The notes beneath the pieces were generated by a model. It ran no database searches. It was not told the origin of the DNA and saw nothing but the letters and a program-made list of their open reading frames with translations. DNA of 48,816 bases, taken from NCBI GenBank assembly GCA_964450845.1, contig CAYVGZ010000004.1, forward strand, positions 1 to 48,816. The letters run 5' to 3'. The translations under genes and the position numbers were made by a program. Positions within the stretch are counted from its first letter, which is position 1, and each line of letters starts with the position of its first letter. The DNA is from an uncultured Candidatus Bathyarchaeia archaeon (GTDB taxonomy: Archaea > Thermoproteota > Bathyarchaeia > Bathyarchaeales > Bathycorpusculaceae). This document shows, in pieces, positions 16,930-26,348 of the stretch.

Positions 16930-17922
16930 CTATTGGTTAACTGGTTTCTGCTTTAAAAGCCGTAAACAATATTTAAGCCCGGCTTCAAAGTCTCCTACAC
17001 CGTTAACTCCAGCGGCTGTGGCGTGTCCACCACCCATGCCGTGGAGATATTCACCTAAGGGCTTGGCGACATCTTTACCTAAGTGTATGCCAGTTTTTTC
17101 GTGAAATTCACGGGTGCAGCGTAGGCTAATCTCTATATTTTCGTCTTTTTGCCCAGCTACAGCGGCAACGTGGGCGCCTATGTCGATTATGGCTCTGGCT
17201 GCTGAGGCTTGGTAGGCGCTGACGTGGGAAAGCGCGATTATCCATCCTCCAATTTTGAAAAGTCTGGCTCTTCTGCAAGCCTTTAATCTTGCTACACGCT
17301 CGGAGAAGTCGATGGGTAGAGAAAGCAGAGGTAATGTTTCGTGTGCGTTTACACCTGCATCAATGAGTTCTGCAATAGTTTTTAATGTGGACGAGTTGGC
17401 TAGGATGAAATGGCGTGTGTCAAAGGCTATGCCCAAAAACAACGCTTTAGCCTCATTTATGGGTGCTTTGATGCCCATTTCTCTAAAGAAGTTGTAGACA
17501 ATCTCGCATGTTGACGATGCTTCTTCGTTGGTTATGCAGAGTTTTGCCAATTGTACCGTTTCTGGATGGGCTGCATGGTGGTCAATCACTATGATTGGTG
17601 CTTTTAAAGTTTTTACTTTTTCAGCCAGATTGTTCAATTGTTGAATTGTGTTAGTGTCAAGCAGAACTATTGCGTCTGCCTTTTCTACGTTGGGTTGTGT
17701 TTCTACTTCTATTGGCAAATATTTGAGAAGATGTTTTGTAAGTCGGCTTATTCCATGAGCCGCCCCGATTTCAACCTCAGTTTTTGGTCTTAAGGATTTT
17801 AGTAGGGCTGCGAAAGCGTAGGCTGAACAGATGGCGTCTGGGTCTGCATTATGGTGGCATAATAAGACAACCAGTTTAGCGTCTAATTCGTCCAAAATTT
17901 TGGTTATTTCTCTGAATGACAC
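16930..17922 (-). CDS. DHH-family phosphoesterase
   Basis: HHNADPDA, LLD, IDHH, and the DHHA1 motif GGGHATAAG. Confidence 0.92.
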   Translation of the reverse strand: MSFREITKILDELDAKLVVLLCHHNADPDAICSAYAFAALLKSLRPKTEVEIGAAHGISRLTKHLLKYLPIEVETQPNVEKADAIVLLDTNTIQQLNNLAEKVKTLKAPIIVIDHHAAHPETVQLAKLCITNEEASSTCEIVYNFFREMGIKAPINEAKALFLGIAFDTRHFILANSSTLKTIAELIDAGVNAHETLPLLSLPIDFSERVARLKACRRARLFKIGGWIIALSHVSAYQASAARAIIDIGAHVAAVAGQKDENIEISLRCTREFHEKTGIHLGKDVAKPLGEYLHGMGGGHATAAGVNGVGDFEAGLKYCLRLLKQKPVNQ

Positions 17923-18215
17923 TTCAGTTCCTCTAAATATTTTTTAGCGGATGTGAACACCTCTTTCACTGCTTCATCGACAAGCTTTTGTACATCAAAG
18001 TCTTTCATTAATGGTGACAAAGCAATATTTATTTCGACTGTTAGTGTCACGGGTTTTGTTCCTTCAGCCTCGACGCTTATGTCTAGTTTCTCTATTCTTT
18101 TTGAAGGAACCTTTGATGAGGCATATTCTCTGGCGGCTTCTTCCGCAATTGAGCATAATTCTTCTATTTGTTCAGTGGTTAACTCCGGTAAGCCTAACTC
18201 TTCCACAAGTTCCAC
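17904..18215 (-). CDS. DUF3194-like protein
   Basis: Acidic 103-aa protein (LPELTTEQIEELC..AEEAAREY) in its usual position downstream of prefoldin beta. Confidence 0.7.
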   Translation of the reverse strand: MELVEELGLPELTTEQIEELCSIAEEAAREYASSKVPSKRIEKLDISVEAEGTKPVTLTVEINIALSPLMKDFDVQKLVDEAVKEVFTSAKKYLEELKCHSEK

Positions 18216-18225
18216 CTAACAGGGG

Positions 18226-18597
18226 CTACGGCTGGGATGGAGAAACTGGACTTAGGTCTTGTTGGAGCTTAGTTTGCAAATCCTTTATTTGAGGGCGTAA
18301 GCGTTCTTCTTGTTTTCCCAAAACTGTGGCGCGAGTGTTGAGCAGCTCCTTTCGTTCGTTTAAGTCAGCGGTTATTTTTGCTTTTTCTGCTTTTACCAAA
18401 AGTGAGCCAATAGCCTTGTATATGACTGCGTCTTCAGTCATTTTTTGCAGTTCGCTTAAGGCTTGTTCAATTTCTGTTAGTTCGATTTCTACTTGTTGTT
18501 TCTGGGCTAAGACTGATTGGAGTGTTTGTTGAAGTTGCTGAAGCCTTAATAGGCGTTCTTGAACTTGGGGTGGAAGCTTCGATATTTCGTCACTCAC
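18226..18597 (-). CDS. pfdB: Prefoldin beta subunit
   Basis: LPPQVQERL...VIYKAIGSLLVK coiled-coil/beta hairpin. The ORF is open to 18624; likely start is GTG at 18597. Confidence 0.93.
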   Translation of the reverse strand: MSDEISKLPPQVQERLLRLQQLQQTLQSVLAQKQQVEIELTEIEQALSELQKMTEDAVIYKAIGSLLVKAEKAKITADLNERKELLNTRATVLGKQEERLRPQIKDLQTKLQQDLSPVSPSQP

Positions 18598-18813
18598 TTT
18601 GTATCCTTCCATTCTGCACAGCAATAAGTCAAGCCCTTAATAAAGCATTTTCCAAAAAAAAACAAAAACCTAGAGAAGTCTATCCATATTGGTTGATTTC
18701 ACCGCCAAAATCTCCCCAAAACCACAAACCTACGCAGAGACTAATCACAAGTTCTATCTATTTATAGAGGGGCTATAGTAACCACAGAGCAAAACAGAAA
18801 CATCAATCAACAT

Positions 18814-19065
18814 TCAATGTTTCTCCAAAACTTCCAAAACATTCAATGCCGAGTTTATCCATCTCAAATAGGCGTTTAATGCTGCACGCAAAGCCACAGT
18901 ATCTCTTGCTTCAACCTTTAAAACCAAAAAATTGTTATTTTCTTTCTCCAGTTTAGCTCTGGAACGCATCGTAGCAGGCTTATCAACCTCTGGTTTGAGA
19001 GCTTTAAAAACTATTTCTAAACCTTTTTCCGAAAGAAACTTCAAACGTACGATAGCACTACTCAA
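18814..19065 (-). CDS. pcc1: KEOPS complex subunit Pcc1
   Basis: ALKPE...RS...ARDTVALRAALNAYLRW. Confidence 0.88.
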   Translation of the reverse strand: MSSAIVRLKFLSEKGLEIVFKALKPEVDKPATMRSRAKLEKENNNFLVLKVEARDTVALRAALNAYLRWINSALNVLEVLEKH

Positions 19066-19357
19066 CTTCTTCTTTTTCCGCTTTCAACACTTCTTCTATA
19101 GGTGCACCTTTAGCCACACGCCTTGCCACAATTCCAAGCTTTGTAGTCGGAGTATATGCTCCACCAGTGAACGTGAACCCACATTTTCTACAACCCCAAA
19201 CACCAACGCTCACCCTTCTAACTCGCGAAAATCCACAATGCGGACACCGATGAGGTGTCTTCATCTCCGTAACCACTTTGCTGTAACGTTTTCTAACAGT
19301 AGATCCGTAGCGAACTCCCAAACCGCGTGTCGATCCTACCTTTTTTGTTCTTCCCAT
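19058..19357 (-). CDS. rpl37ae: 50S ribosomal protein L37ae (eL43)
   Basis: RYGSTVRKR, CPHC...WGCRKCGFTFTGGAYTP. Confidence 0.96.
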   Translation of the reverse strand: MGRTKKVGSTRGLGVRYGSTVRKRYSKVVTEMKTPHRCPHCGFSRVRRVSVGVWGCRKCGFTFTGGAYTPTTKLGIVARRVAKGAPIEEVLKAEKEEVE

Positions 19358-19364
19358 CGTTTCT

Positions 19365-20156
19365 TTACCACTCTAATTTTTTACGTATTTCTCCAGTCTT
19401 TTCGCTAGCCATTTTTGCGGCTTCCAACACTTGCTCAGGTGTAAAGTACCCTCTGCCACCTTTCTGTATCGCACATATGTTGCCATCATCCTCAATCGCC
19501 ATCGAAAGCCTAGCATCCATTACCTCCTCTTCCTCCAACCCTGGGTCAACAACGAGTTTGTCGTTTATCTTTGCAAAAGTAACCGTTATCGGATGCCTTC
19601 TTATCGGAAGTTCAGTATACCCCTCCTTAATTTTCACTTCACCCTTCTCAATTTCATAATTGGGCATTTTCGTGTTAAGCAACGCAGCCATGGCAGCTAA
19701 AGCCGAAGCATCTATCAAATTTCCGTCATGATTAAGCACATAGACATCAACAAAAACAACAAACACCTTTTTTCCAGGCTCAATACATAACTTTTCTACG
19801 TCAATAGCTTTAGACTCCCTTATCCCCCTGTCAACGACCCTCGCAATCTCGATAGAATTTTCATCAGGAGGTCCAGGTTCAAAAGTCGATGATGCCAAAG
19901 GCACCAGTTCAGCGTTTACCGTTAAAACGCCCTCGTTAGGAGTGTCGGGAAATGGTTCGCCAAACTCGATTTTTGTCCCAGCCACAACTTCCGTTTTTCC
20001 CAGTAGCGCCCTTGCAGAGCCTTCAGCACGCTCGATTATTCCCTGTTCAACTTTTATTTCACGATAATCCATTAGACCTCTACCATCCAAACGTTTCCCC
20101 TTAGCAATTGATTGCACAATCTGTTTCTGCTTTACACGAGTAACCAACGATGCCAC
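19365..20156 (-). CDS. rrp42: Exosome complex component Rrp42
   Basis: RLDGRGLMDYR, AEGSA, PFPDTP, LARV/IARVVDRGIRES. Confidence 0.96.
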   Translation of the reverse strand: MASLVTRVKQKQIVQSIAKGKRLDGRGLMDYREIKVEQGIIERAEGSARALLGKTEVVAGTKIEFGEPFPDTPNEGVLTVNAELVPLASSTFEPGPPDENSIEIARVVDRGIRESKAIDVEKLCIEPGKKVFVVFVDVYVLNHDGNLIDASALAAMAALLNTKMPNYEIEKGEVKIKEGYTELPIRRHPITVTFAKINDKLVVDPGLEEEEVMDARLSMAIEDDGNICAIQKGGRGYFTPEQVLEAAKMASEKTGEIRKKLEW

Positions 20157-20890
20157 TATTCTTCACCCTCCTTAACACTAACATATTTAGCTTTTAGCGC
20201 TTCCTTTTGCATCGTATAGATTTTTTTACATCCTTCAAGCGCTAAGTTCAATGCCTCCTCAAACTCTTCAGACGTTAATATCCCATCCATCTGCAACAAC
20301 GTTACGGCATTCAGATTAGGCATTAAAGCTACAGGAACATCTGCTGCTCCCATTTTGTCTTCTGTATCCATCAAATCCAATATTATTGTGTCGTCAATTT
20401 TTCCAGCCGAGCATGCAACCACCAAATCCCGCATTGGAATGCCTGCGTCCGCTATAGCTAAAGATGCTGCTGTTATGCTGGCGCACCTTGTGCTTCCATC
20501 AGCTTGCAAAACTTCAACAAAAACATCTATGCCTGTTCGCGGATAATATTCAAGGAAAATAGACGGTTCTAGGGACTCTCTAATGACTTTTGAGAGTTCT
20601 ATCTCTCTTCTCGAAGGTGCTGGAGACTTGCGTTCCTGAACAGAAAAGGGAGCCATGTGATAGCGGCATCTCAAAAACATTCGATCTGGAAGTGCTAAGT
20701 GTTTTGGATGTAATTCCTTTGGACCATATACCGCAGCTAAAATCTTGTTCTTTCCTTGTTCAATGTAGGCTGAACCATCAGCGTTTGCTAAAGCACCTAC
20801 CTCAATTTTTATTGACCGTAACTCATCCGATTTTCTCCCATCCAGTCTCAAGCCTTTTTTATCAATTAACTTTTCAGTTTTCTGGCTCAT
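20156..20890 (-). CDS. rrp41: Exosome complex exonuclease Rrp41
   Basis: [36 protein letters not shown]. Confidence 0.97.
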   Translation of the reverse strand: MSQKTEKLIDKKGLRLDGRKSDELRSIKIEVGALANADGSAYIEQGKNKILAAVYGPKELHPKHLALPDRMFLRCRYHMAPFSVQERKSPAPSRREIELSKVIRESLEPSIFLEYYPRTGIDVFVEVLQADGSTRCASITAASLAIADAGIPMRDLVVACSAGKIDDTIILDLMDTEDKMGAADVPVALMPNLNAVTLLQMDGILTSEEFEEALNLALEGCKKIYTMQKEALKAKYVSVKEGEE

Positions 20891-21593
20891 TTTTAATTTC
20901 CTCCCGTTTTGCTTTTTCCTCTTTTAACATCTGAGCTACGCGGTCTGTTAAACCGCTTGTGTGAGATTCTTCCTCAATCTTGTGAATAGCCATGATTGCC
21001 AACTCTTCGTCTTCAAGGTTTTTACCTGTGATTAGTACAACTCCGTTAAGTCCCAGAATTATTTGACAACCTGTTTCCTGTTTTATCACGGATATCATTG
21101 AACCTTTTCTGCCGATTAAGCGAGGAATCTTTGTCGGCGTGATTTTTACTATTTGTCCACGGGTTATCTTTCCTAGTCCAGGTTCGTCAACTGCTAATTG
21201 CGGGTTATGTGCTCTGTCATAAGCAACTATTTTTGCAACTACCAAATCTCCTATTTCAAGCACTTGGGATAATTCGTCTTTTTGCGGTTTGAAGGGTCTA
21301 CCTAGAACATCTGACGCTCTTAGAAGGGCTTCATAAGGTGCGTTAATGTTCACAGTCCACCCGTTAAATCCCACTTCTACAATTGTTCCTATAACCATGT
21401 CTCCCACTCTTGGGATATAAAATGCCTTTAGAGCTACGACATTCACTCTTTTATTTTCGTATTCCACCATTCCAATTCTTGATGCATAAATTTTGTTATC
21501 CTCTGCATATGTGTTTTCGCCAGCAATGTATTCGCCTTCTGCAATCAAATCTCCAGGGGTTACAAGCTGTCTTCTTTCAAAAGATGTTGGCAT
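20874..21593 (-). CDS. rrp4: Exosome complex component Rrp4
   Basis: VTPGD, S1 domain YIPRVGD, KH domain [11 protein letters not shown]. Confidence 0.96.
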   Translation of the reverse strand: MPTSFERRQLVTPGDLIAEGEYIAGENTYAEDNKIYASRIGMVEYENKRVNVVALKAFYIPRVGDMVIGTIVEVGFNGWTVNINAPYEALLRASDVLGRPFKPQKDELSQVLEIGDLVVAKIVAYDRAHNPQLAVDEPGLGKITRGQIVKITPTKIPRLIGRKGSMISVIKQETGCQIILGLNGVVLITGKNLEDEELAIMAIHKIEEESHTSGLTDRVAQMLKEEKAKREEIKNEPEN

Positions 21594-21626
21594 AGTTTTT
21601 ACACCTAATCATTCATAATAAATGTT

Positions 21627-22316
21627 TTAGGAAATTATTTTTGCTTCTCCGCTTCCTTTTGTTATTTCTCCAAGTTTTTCTAGGAATGGACCATATAAAC
21701 CTGCTGGCATTTCCAAGACTCCATACCATGAACCGTCTGCACGCCATTCCTCTTGTTTTATTGTTCCAAAACCTTTAATTGTTCCATAGGCCCTTGCTGA
21801 ATATTCTGCTGGCACATGAACTCCAACGGATACTTGCTCCATCTTTAATGGCAAAATCGGTCGCAACAGCTTTATTATTTCTTTCGCTTGTTCTTCCACT
21901 GGCTTAAAGGGTTCTATTGAATACCGGATTTGTTCCATGGCATTTTCTATGCGTAACGGCGGATGCGGAAGGTTTGTTTTGGGGTCAACGCATTGCCTTG
22001 ATATGAAATCTACTATTTGTTTCCTTTTGTCCTCAATCATTTTTCTCCGTTGTTCTGTAGTAAGCTGTAACGTTCCCTTTTTCAGTATTACCTCAGCCAC
22101 TTTCAGCAACTCTGTTGTTCCAAAAGCTTTACGTAGGTTTTCTTCTGATACTTTTGTGCCTTTGTTTGCATCTGAAAATATAGTTTCGCTGACTAACACT
22201 TCGGTTATTGCTGCTAGTTTTCCTGTGTGATAATCTAATGCTTTTTGAGGTTTTACAAGAACTTCGAAGTGTTCATTATCCTTTGTTATGCGGGCAATGG
22301 TGTATTTTTCACTCAT
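21627..22316 (-). CDS. Ribosome maturation protein SBDS/Sdo1
   Basis: HFEVLV, IFSDANKG, DPKTNLPHPPLRIENAM. Confidence 0.95.
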   Translation of the reverse strand: MSEKYTIARITKDNEHFEVLVKPQKALDYHTGKLAAITEVLVSETIFSDANKGTKVSEENLRKAFGTTELLKVAEVILKKGTLQLTTEQRRKMIEDKRKQIVDFISRQCVDPKTNLPHPPLRIENAMEQIRYSIEPFKPVEEQAKEIIKLLRPILPLKMEQVSVGVHVPAEYSARAYGTIKGFGTIKQEEWRADGSWYGVLEMPAGLYGPFLEKLGEITKGSGEAKIIS

Positions 22317-22323
22317 CAGGGTT

Positions 22324-23052
22324 TCACTTGCCCACGCCTAACTCTTTCATGTAACTTTCAATTTTTTCGTCGCCTAACATTTCCATTTTTTTGGTTTCCG
22401 AGGGAATCACAGCTATTTTTATGCGTGGTGGCAGTTGTCTGGCTTCCAAGGCTTTTACTAGGCATTTCACTGCGAGTTTCGTGGTTTCTTCGAGGTTCAT
22501 GTCTTCTTTGTACTCCTCTTTTAATATAGCCAGTGCTGTTTCTCTTCCACCGCCCCAAGCTGTAGCCTTATATCCTCTGTACACTCCGCTGGGATGAGTT
22601 CCGAAAAGTCGGGTTCCTGTTTTGTCTACTCCGCCGAAGATTATGGAGATTCCGAAGGGTCTCACGCCAGCGTGTTGCGTGTAGAGCTGCATTATGTCGC
22701 ACACTCTCTTGCTTACTACTTCCGTATCTATTGGTTCATCGTAGGTTAGCCTGTTACTTTGGGCGTATACTCGTGCTTGGTCTATTAGGATGCGGGCATC
22801 TGAGCTTAAACCTACTATGGTTGCGCCGATGTGGTCGTCAATCTTGAAAATTTTCCATGAATATTCTGTTTCTTCAAGGGGTTCAACATTTTCTTCTGCT
22901 CCTAAAACTACTCCTTCGGAGCATCGGATTCCTAAAATTGTGGCTCCACGGTTAACTAATTCCATTGCATATTCAACTTGAAAAAGCCGTCCATCTGGTG
23001 AAAAAACTGTTATGGCACGGTCGTATGCTCCTGGTGCTGCAAACACAGACAT
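22324..23052 (-). CDS. psmA: Proteasome alpha subunit
   Basis: AYDRAITVFSPDGRLFQVEYA, YTQHAGVRPFG. Confidence 0.97.
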   Translation of the reverse strand: MSVFAAPGAYDRAITVFSPDGRLFQVEYAMELVNRGATILGIRCSEGVVLGAEENVEPLEETEYSWKIFKIDDHIGATIVGLSSDARILIDQARVYAQSNRLTYDEPIDTEVVSKRVCDIMQLYTQHAGVRPFGISIIFGGVDKTGTRLFGTHPSGVYRGYKATAWGGGRETALAILKEEYKEDMNLEETTKLAVKCLVKALEARQLPPRIKIAVIPSETKKMEMLGDEKIESYMKELGVGK

Positions 23053-23110
23053 TAATATCTACCTCACACTATTCCTATTCACGTTTGCAGACTTTCATAT
23101 AACAACTAAA

Positions 23111-23125
23111 CTAAAAACCTTTTCC
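23111..23125 (-). promoter_or_regulatory. Candidate BRE/TATA of the psmA-exosome superoperon
   Basis: The minus strand reads GGAAAAGG-TTTTTAG about 60 nt upstream of the psmA ATG. Confidence 0.45.
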
Positions 23126-23332
23126 TATTGATTTCTGCTTTTAGCAGTGTTCTTGTTCTTGAATGCTTCCTTTTGCTCTCTGAGTGAGTTTACCCTCCTA
23201 TATATAGGTTGAACTCTTTGTCCATTGGCTATTTCTGCATGCCTAGAAAAAGAAGTATCCATCAAAAAGAGCTACGCATGTTTTTTGAATTTTTTGTAAT
23301 TGAAAAAGAGAATGGTTAATTGAAAATTAAGG

Positions 23333-23797
23333 CTACCTTTCCCAGTCTAACAGTCTTTTTTGCCCCTCAATCTTCTTAATGTCCGTCAAGTCCTGTGTAA
23401 CTTCCATTGTTCCCAAATATTTCCCATTCTTGTCTCTCACTGCGAAGTATCTTATGTGAATTAAGCGGTTGCTCATTGTAATCCAAAATTCAGCAGAATC
23501 TTTCTTGCCTGTCTTGAATGCTTCTAGAATCTTGTTTACTATGTGAACGCTCTTCTGTGGATGGCATAGTTGCACTTTTCTTCCAATAACTGCCTTTGTG
23601 CGAACAAAAATCCTTTTTTCAGCCTTGTTGAAGTATTTTACAGTATCATTTGCGTCAACAAATGAAATGTCAACAGGAAGGGCGTTCAAGATGGCTTCAA
23701 TCTCTTCCTTATATAGAGAGCCATTCTCAAGCTGCAGTATACCTTCAGGCGCTGGTGTTGTCTCTTTTAAAATTCTCTTCTCATCCTCGTCCATCAC
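23333..23797 (-). CDS. Stand-alone PAS domain protein (PAS_10 / DUF438-associated type)
   Basis: EIEAILNALPVDISFVD..DTVKYFN...R....IGR.V..CHP..S...V; its start overlaps the fprA stop. Confidence 0.85.
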   Translation of the reverse strand: MMDEDEKRILKETTPAPEGILQLENGSLYKEEIEAILNALPVDISFVDANDTVKYFNKAEKRIFVRTKAVIGRKVQLCHPQKSVHIVNKILEAFKTGKKDSAEFWITMSNRLIHIRYFAVRDKNGKYLGTMEVTQDLTDIKKIEGQKRLLDWER

Positions 23798-24981
23798 GAT
23801 TTCTCCTTAATCTTCTCAGCAAGAGTCTTACCTATTTCAATTATCTTCGTAATGTCGTTCTCTGTTGGTGGACCATTAATCTCCAGTGCTCCGACAATTT
23901 CCATTTTTGATGGACCGATGACCTCTTGAACTTGCTTTATTGTGCCGCCTCCCCACCCGTAAGAACTTAGAACTGCAGCAAATTTGAGCGGCGGGTTTAA
24001 AGCTTTCACCAAGTAAGTGGCATAAACGGCTAGTGGATGTGCACCGCCCAAGACTGTGGGTGCGCCCAAAACTATGGCTCTTGAATCCACTAAATCCTTA
24101 GCCACATCGCCAATATCGCTCAACGCTAAATTATAAACTGCAATTTCGATGCCTTCAGACGCTAAAGTGTCCGCGATTGTTTGAATCATTTTTTCTGTGC
24201 TATTCCACATGGTCACGTAAACAATGATGAGTTTTTGTCTGGTTTCCCCGTTCGCCCACTTGTCGTAGGCGTTACGTATGCGTTCGGGATTTCTATAGAT
24301 TGGTCCATGACTTGGCGCAATCATCTCAATCTCTAAATTCTTTATTTTTTCCAGCGCTCTTTTGGCCATGGCACTAAAGGGCATCATTATCTCGCCCCAA
24401 TATCTTTGAGCGTGAACAAGCAAGTCTTCCACTTCATCATCGTATTGCCCCTTCGCTAAGTGTGAACCGAAGAAGTCGCATGGAAACAGAATCTTATCTT
24501 CTTGCAAGTATGTGAACATTGTTTCTGGCCAGTGGAGCATTGGGGCTTCGATGAAGTGGAGAGTTTTGCCGCCTAAGTCGATGTTTTCTTGGTCTTTTAC
24601 TGCTATTATTCGTTCTTCGGGCACTTTGAAGAAGACTTGAGCCATCTTAGCGCCCCTGTTTGAAGTAACCAATTTAGCTTTACTGTTGATTGACATGATG
24701 TATGGAATGGCATTTGCATGGTCAGGTTCAGCATGATTCATTATCACATAATCAATTTCGCTTGGGTCCACGATCCTGCGGATTTTATCTTCAAACTCTT
24801 TTTCAAAGCCAGGATTTACCGTGTCAATTAACGCCTTTTTGCTTTTGCCAATTACTAAATAAGCGTTGTAGCTTGTTCCTTTTGGCAGTGGAATCAAAGC
24901 GTCAAAAAGTCTACGGTTCCAATCTCTGACGCCAACCCAGTAGACGCCTTCTACTATTTTGGTTATGTTTCGCCAACTCAT
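23794..24981 (-). CDS. fprA: Flavodiiron protein (FprA family, O2/NO reductase)
   Basis: Di-iron ligands HAEPDH, HWPE, CDFFG, PSHG; C-terminal flavodoxin domain with SYGWGGG. Confidence 0.93.
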   Translation of the reverse strand: MSWRNITKIVEGVYWVGVRDWNRRLFDALIPLPKGTSYNAYLVIGKSKKALIDTVNPGFEKEFEDKIRRIVDPSEIDYVIMNHAEPDHANAIPYIMSINSKAKLVTSNRGAKMAQVFFKVPEERIIAVKDQENIDLGGKTLHFIEAPMLHWPETMFTYLQEDKILFPCDFFGSHLAKGQYDDEVEDLLVHAQRYWGEIMMPFSAMAKRALEKIKNLEIEMIAPSHGPIYRNPERIRNAYDKWANGETRQKLIIVYVTMWNSTEKMIQTIADTLASEGIEIAVYNLALSDIGDVAKDLVDSRAIVLGAPTVLGGAHPLAVYATYLVKALNPPLKFAAVLSSYGWGGGTIKQVQEVIGPSKMEIVGALEINGPPTENDITKIIEIGKTLAEKIKEKS

Positions 24982-24999
24982 GTTAATTCCTCAAGTTGA

Positions 25000-25015
25000 T
25001 ATTACGATTGTAATA
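25000..25015. promoter_or_regulatory. Inverted repeat TATTAC-GATT-GTAATA, candidate operator in the fprA/regulator divergent promoter
   Basis: Perfect 6-bp arms with a 4-nt spacer, lying between the fprA start (24981) and an AT-rich TATA-like tract (~25019-25028). Confidence 0.5.
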
Positions 25016-25058
25016 AAGTATATTTATGCCTTTCTACAAATTATAAACGAGGCATCCA

Positions 25059-25463
25059 TTGATGTTACTTCCCTGTGAAATATCGGTAAAATGTGTACTG
25101 CCAGCGATTAGAGCCTTGATAGCTAAAGAACTCATGACGAAATATAAGCTAAAACAAGCGGAAGCAGCCAAGATTATTGGAGTTAGCCAACCTGCCATAA
25201 GTCTTTATCGTAGACAAATTCGTGGAAGAGCTATCAATTTAGAAAATGACGCTGAAATATTGAAGTTAATACAAAACCTAGCAGCCTCTTTGGCTGAAGG
25301 AGGATTAACCCATAAAGACTTTATTCCCATGTTTTGCGAAATCTGCAGAACAATCAGGGCAAAAGGCTTGATGTGCAAATTACATAAAGCATTTGACCCA
25401 ACCATAGGCATCGAAAAATGCGAACTTTGTTCAGTCATAACGACAGGAAAATATAGAGTATAA
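25059..25463 (+). CDS. HTH transcriptional regulator with a Cys-rich C-terminus (COG2522-like)
   Basis: LPCE....VLPAIRALIAKEL, QAEAAKIIGVSQPAISLY HTH, CEICR...CKLH...CELC. Confidence 0.85.
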   Translation: MMLLPCEISVKCVLPAIRALIAKELMTKYKLKQAEAAKIIGVSQPAISLYRRQIRGRAINLENDAEILKLIQNLAASLAEGGLTHKDFIPMFCEICRTIRAKGLMCKLHKAFDPTIGIEKCELCSVITTGKYRV

Positions 25464-25546
25464 CCCTATCCTTCCAGTCTTTTAAACTCATACCCACACA
25501 TCATTTATTCTCTTTTATGTTAAATGATAATTCTTTATAATGTCCG

Positions 25547-26098
25547 ATGCTAATTCAAAATTATGAGGAACCACAAACTATGAACTATTTTGCTGCTTGG
25601 AAAGTTTTAGAGGAAATAGTGGCTGATTTCCGAAAAAGAGGAACGGCTATCCCAGCGGAAATTATGAGTGATTTGAGGTCCGCAAAGACCTTGATTAATG
25701 TCTTAAAGGCTGATCCAAGCCGTGTAGACACCAGCCAAAAAGTTGATGAATATCTTCTCAATTTGGAATCCTACCTCATTTCTGAAGGACAGAAAATGTT
25801 TGGAACTAAATACGTTGAAGAGTGGCTTAAACGGTTGGATGAAGCGAGCAAGAAAATATTGGAAAAGGAGGAAGAGGAGACAAAGTTTATTCCAGATGTT
25901 CCACGAGAACATAAGTGGATTCGAGTGAAACCTTCAACTGAATTACCAATCGAAAAGCTAAAGACGCTAGCTAAAGAATCGCACCTTTCATATAATGTTC
26001 AAAGTGATGGTTGTCTGCTTGTTTATGGCGAAGATGAGTACATAAAAGAGTTTGTCAAAAAGATGGCTGCAAAATATGGATTAAAAGTCAAAAAATAA
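25547..26098 (+). CDS. DUF2096-like hypothetical protein
   Basis: WKVLEEIVADFRKRG..IP...DLRSAKTLI pattern, located upstream of smc. Confidence 0.65.
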   Translation: MLIQNYEEPQTMNYFAAWKVLEEIVADFRKRGTAIPAEIMSDLRSAKTLINVLKADPSRVDTSQKVDEYLLNLESYLISEGQKMFGTKYVEEWLKRLDEASKKILEKEEEETKFIPDVPREHKWIRVKPSTELPIEKLKTLAKESHLSYNVQSDGCLLVYGEDEYIKEFVKKMAAKYGLKVKK

Positions 26099-26348
26099 CG
26101 CTAAAACATGACCGTTAAACTTGAGGATAAATAATTTAAGAAGTTGAGGCGGCAGCATAACCGTGAACAAGGCATAATGCAAAAAACCTGGCAATCTTGC
26201 TCATTTCATATTTTTCAGGTATATCTTACGATGATAAAAAATGTTATCTGAATCATTATCTTTTCATAGTTCTTATATAGAAAAATCTTACAGAAGAATC
26301 TATAGCCAAATGATTTCCATATTCCCTAAGAGTGAGGGCGCAAGCTGA

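Noticed and set aside
23197-23208. 12-bp palindrome CCTATATATAGG
   Set aside because: It is a low-complexity TA core with no gene start at a promoter-appropriate distance that I could identify.
26229-26253. Box C-like ATGATAA followed by box D CTGA
   Set aside because: The spacing is far too short for a C/D guide RNA and box C is imperfect.
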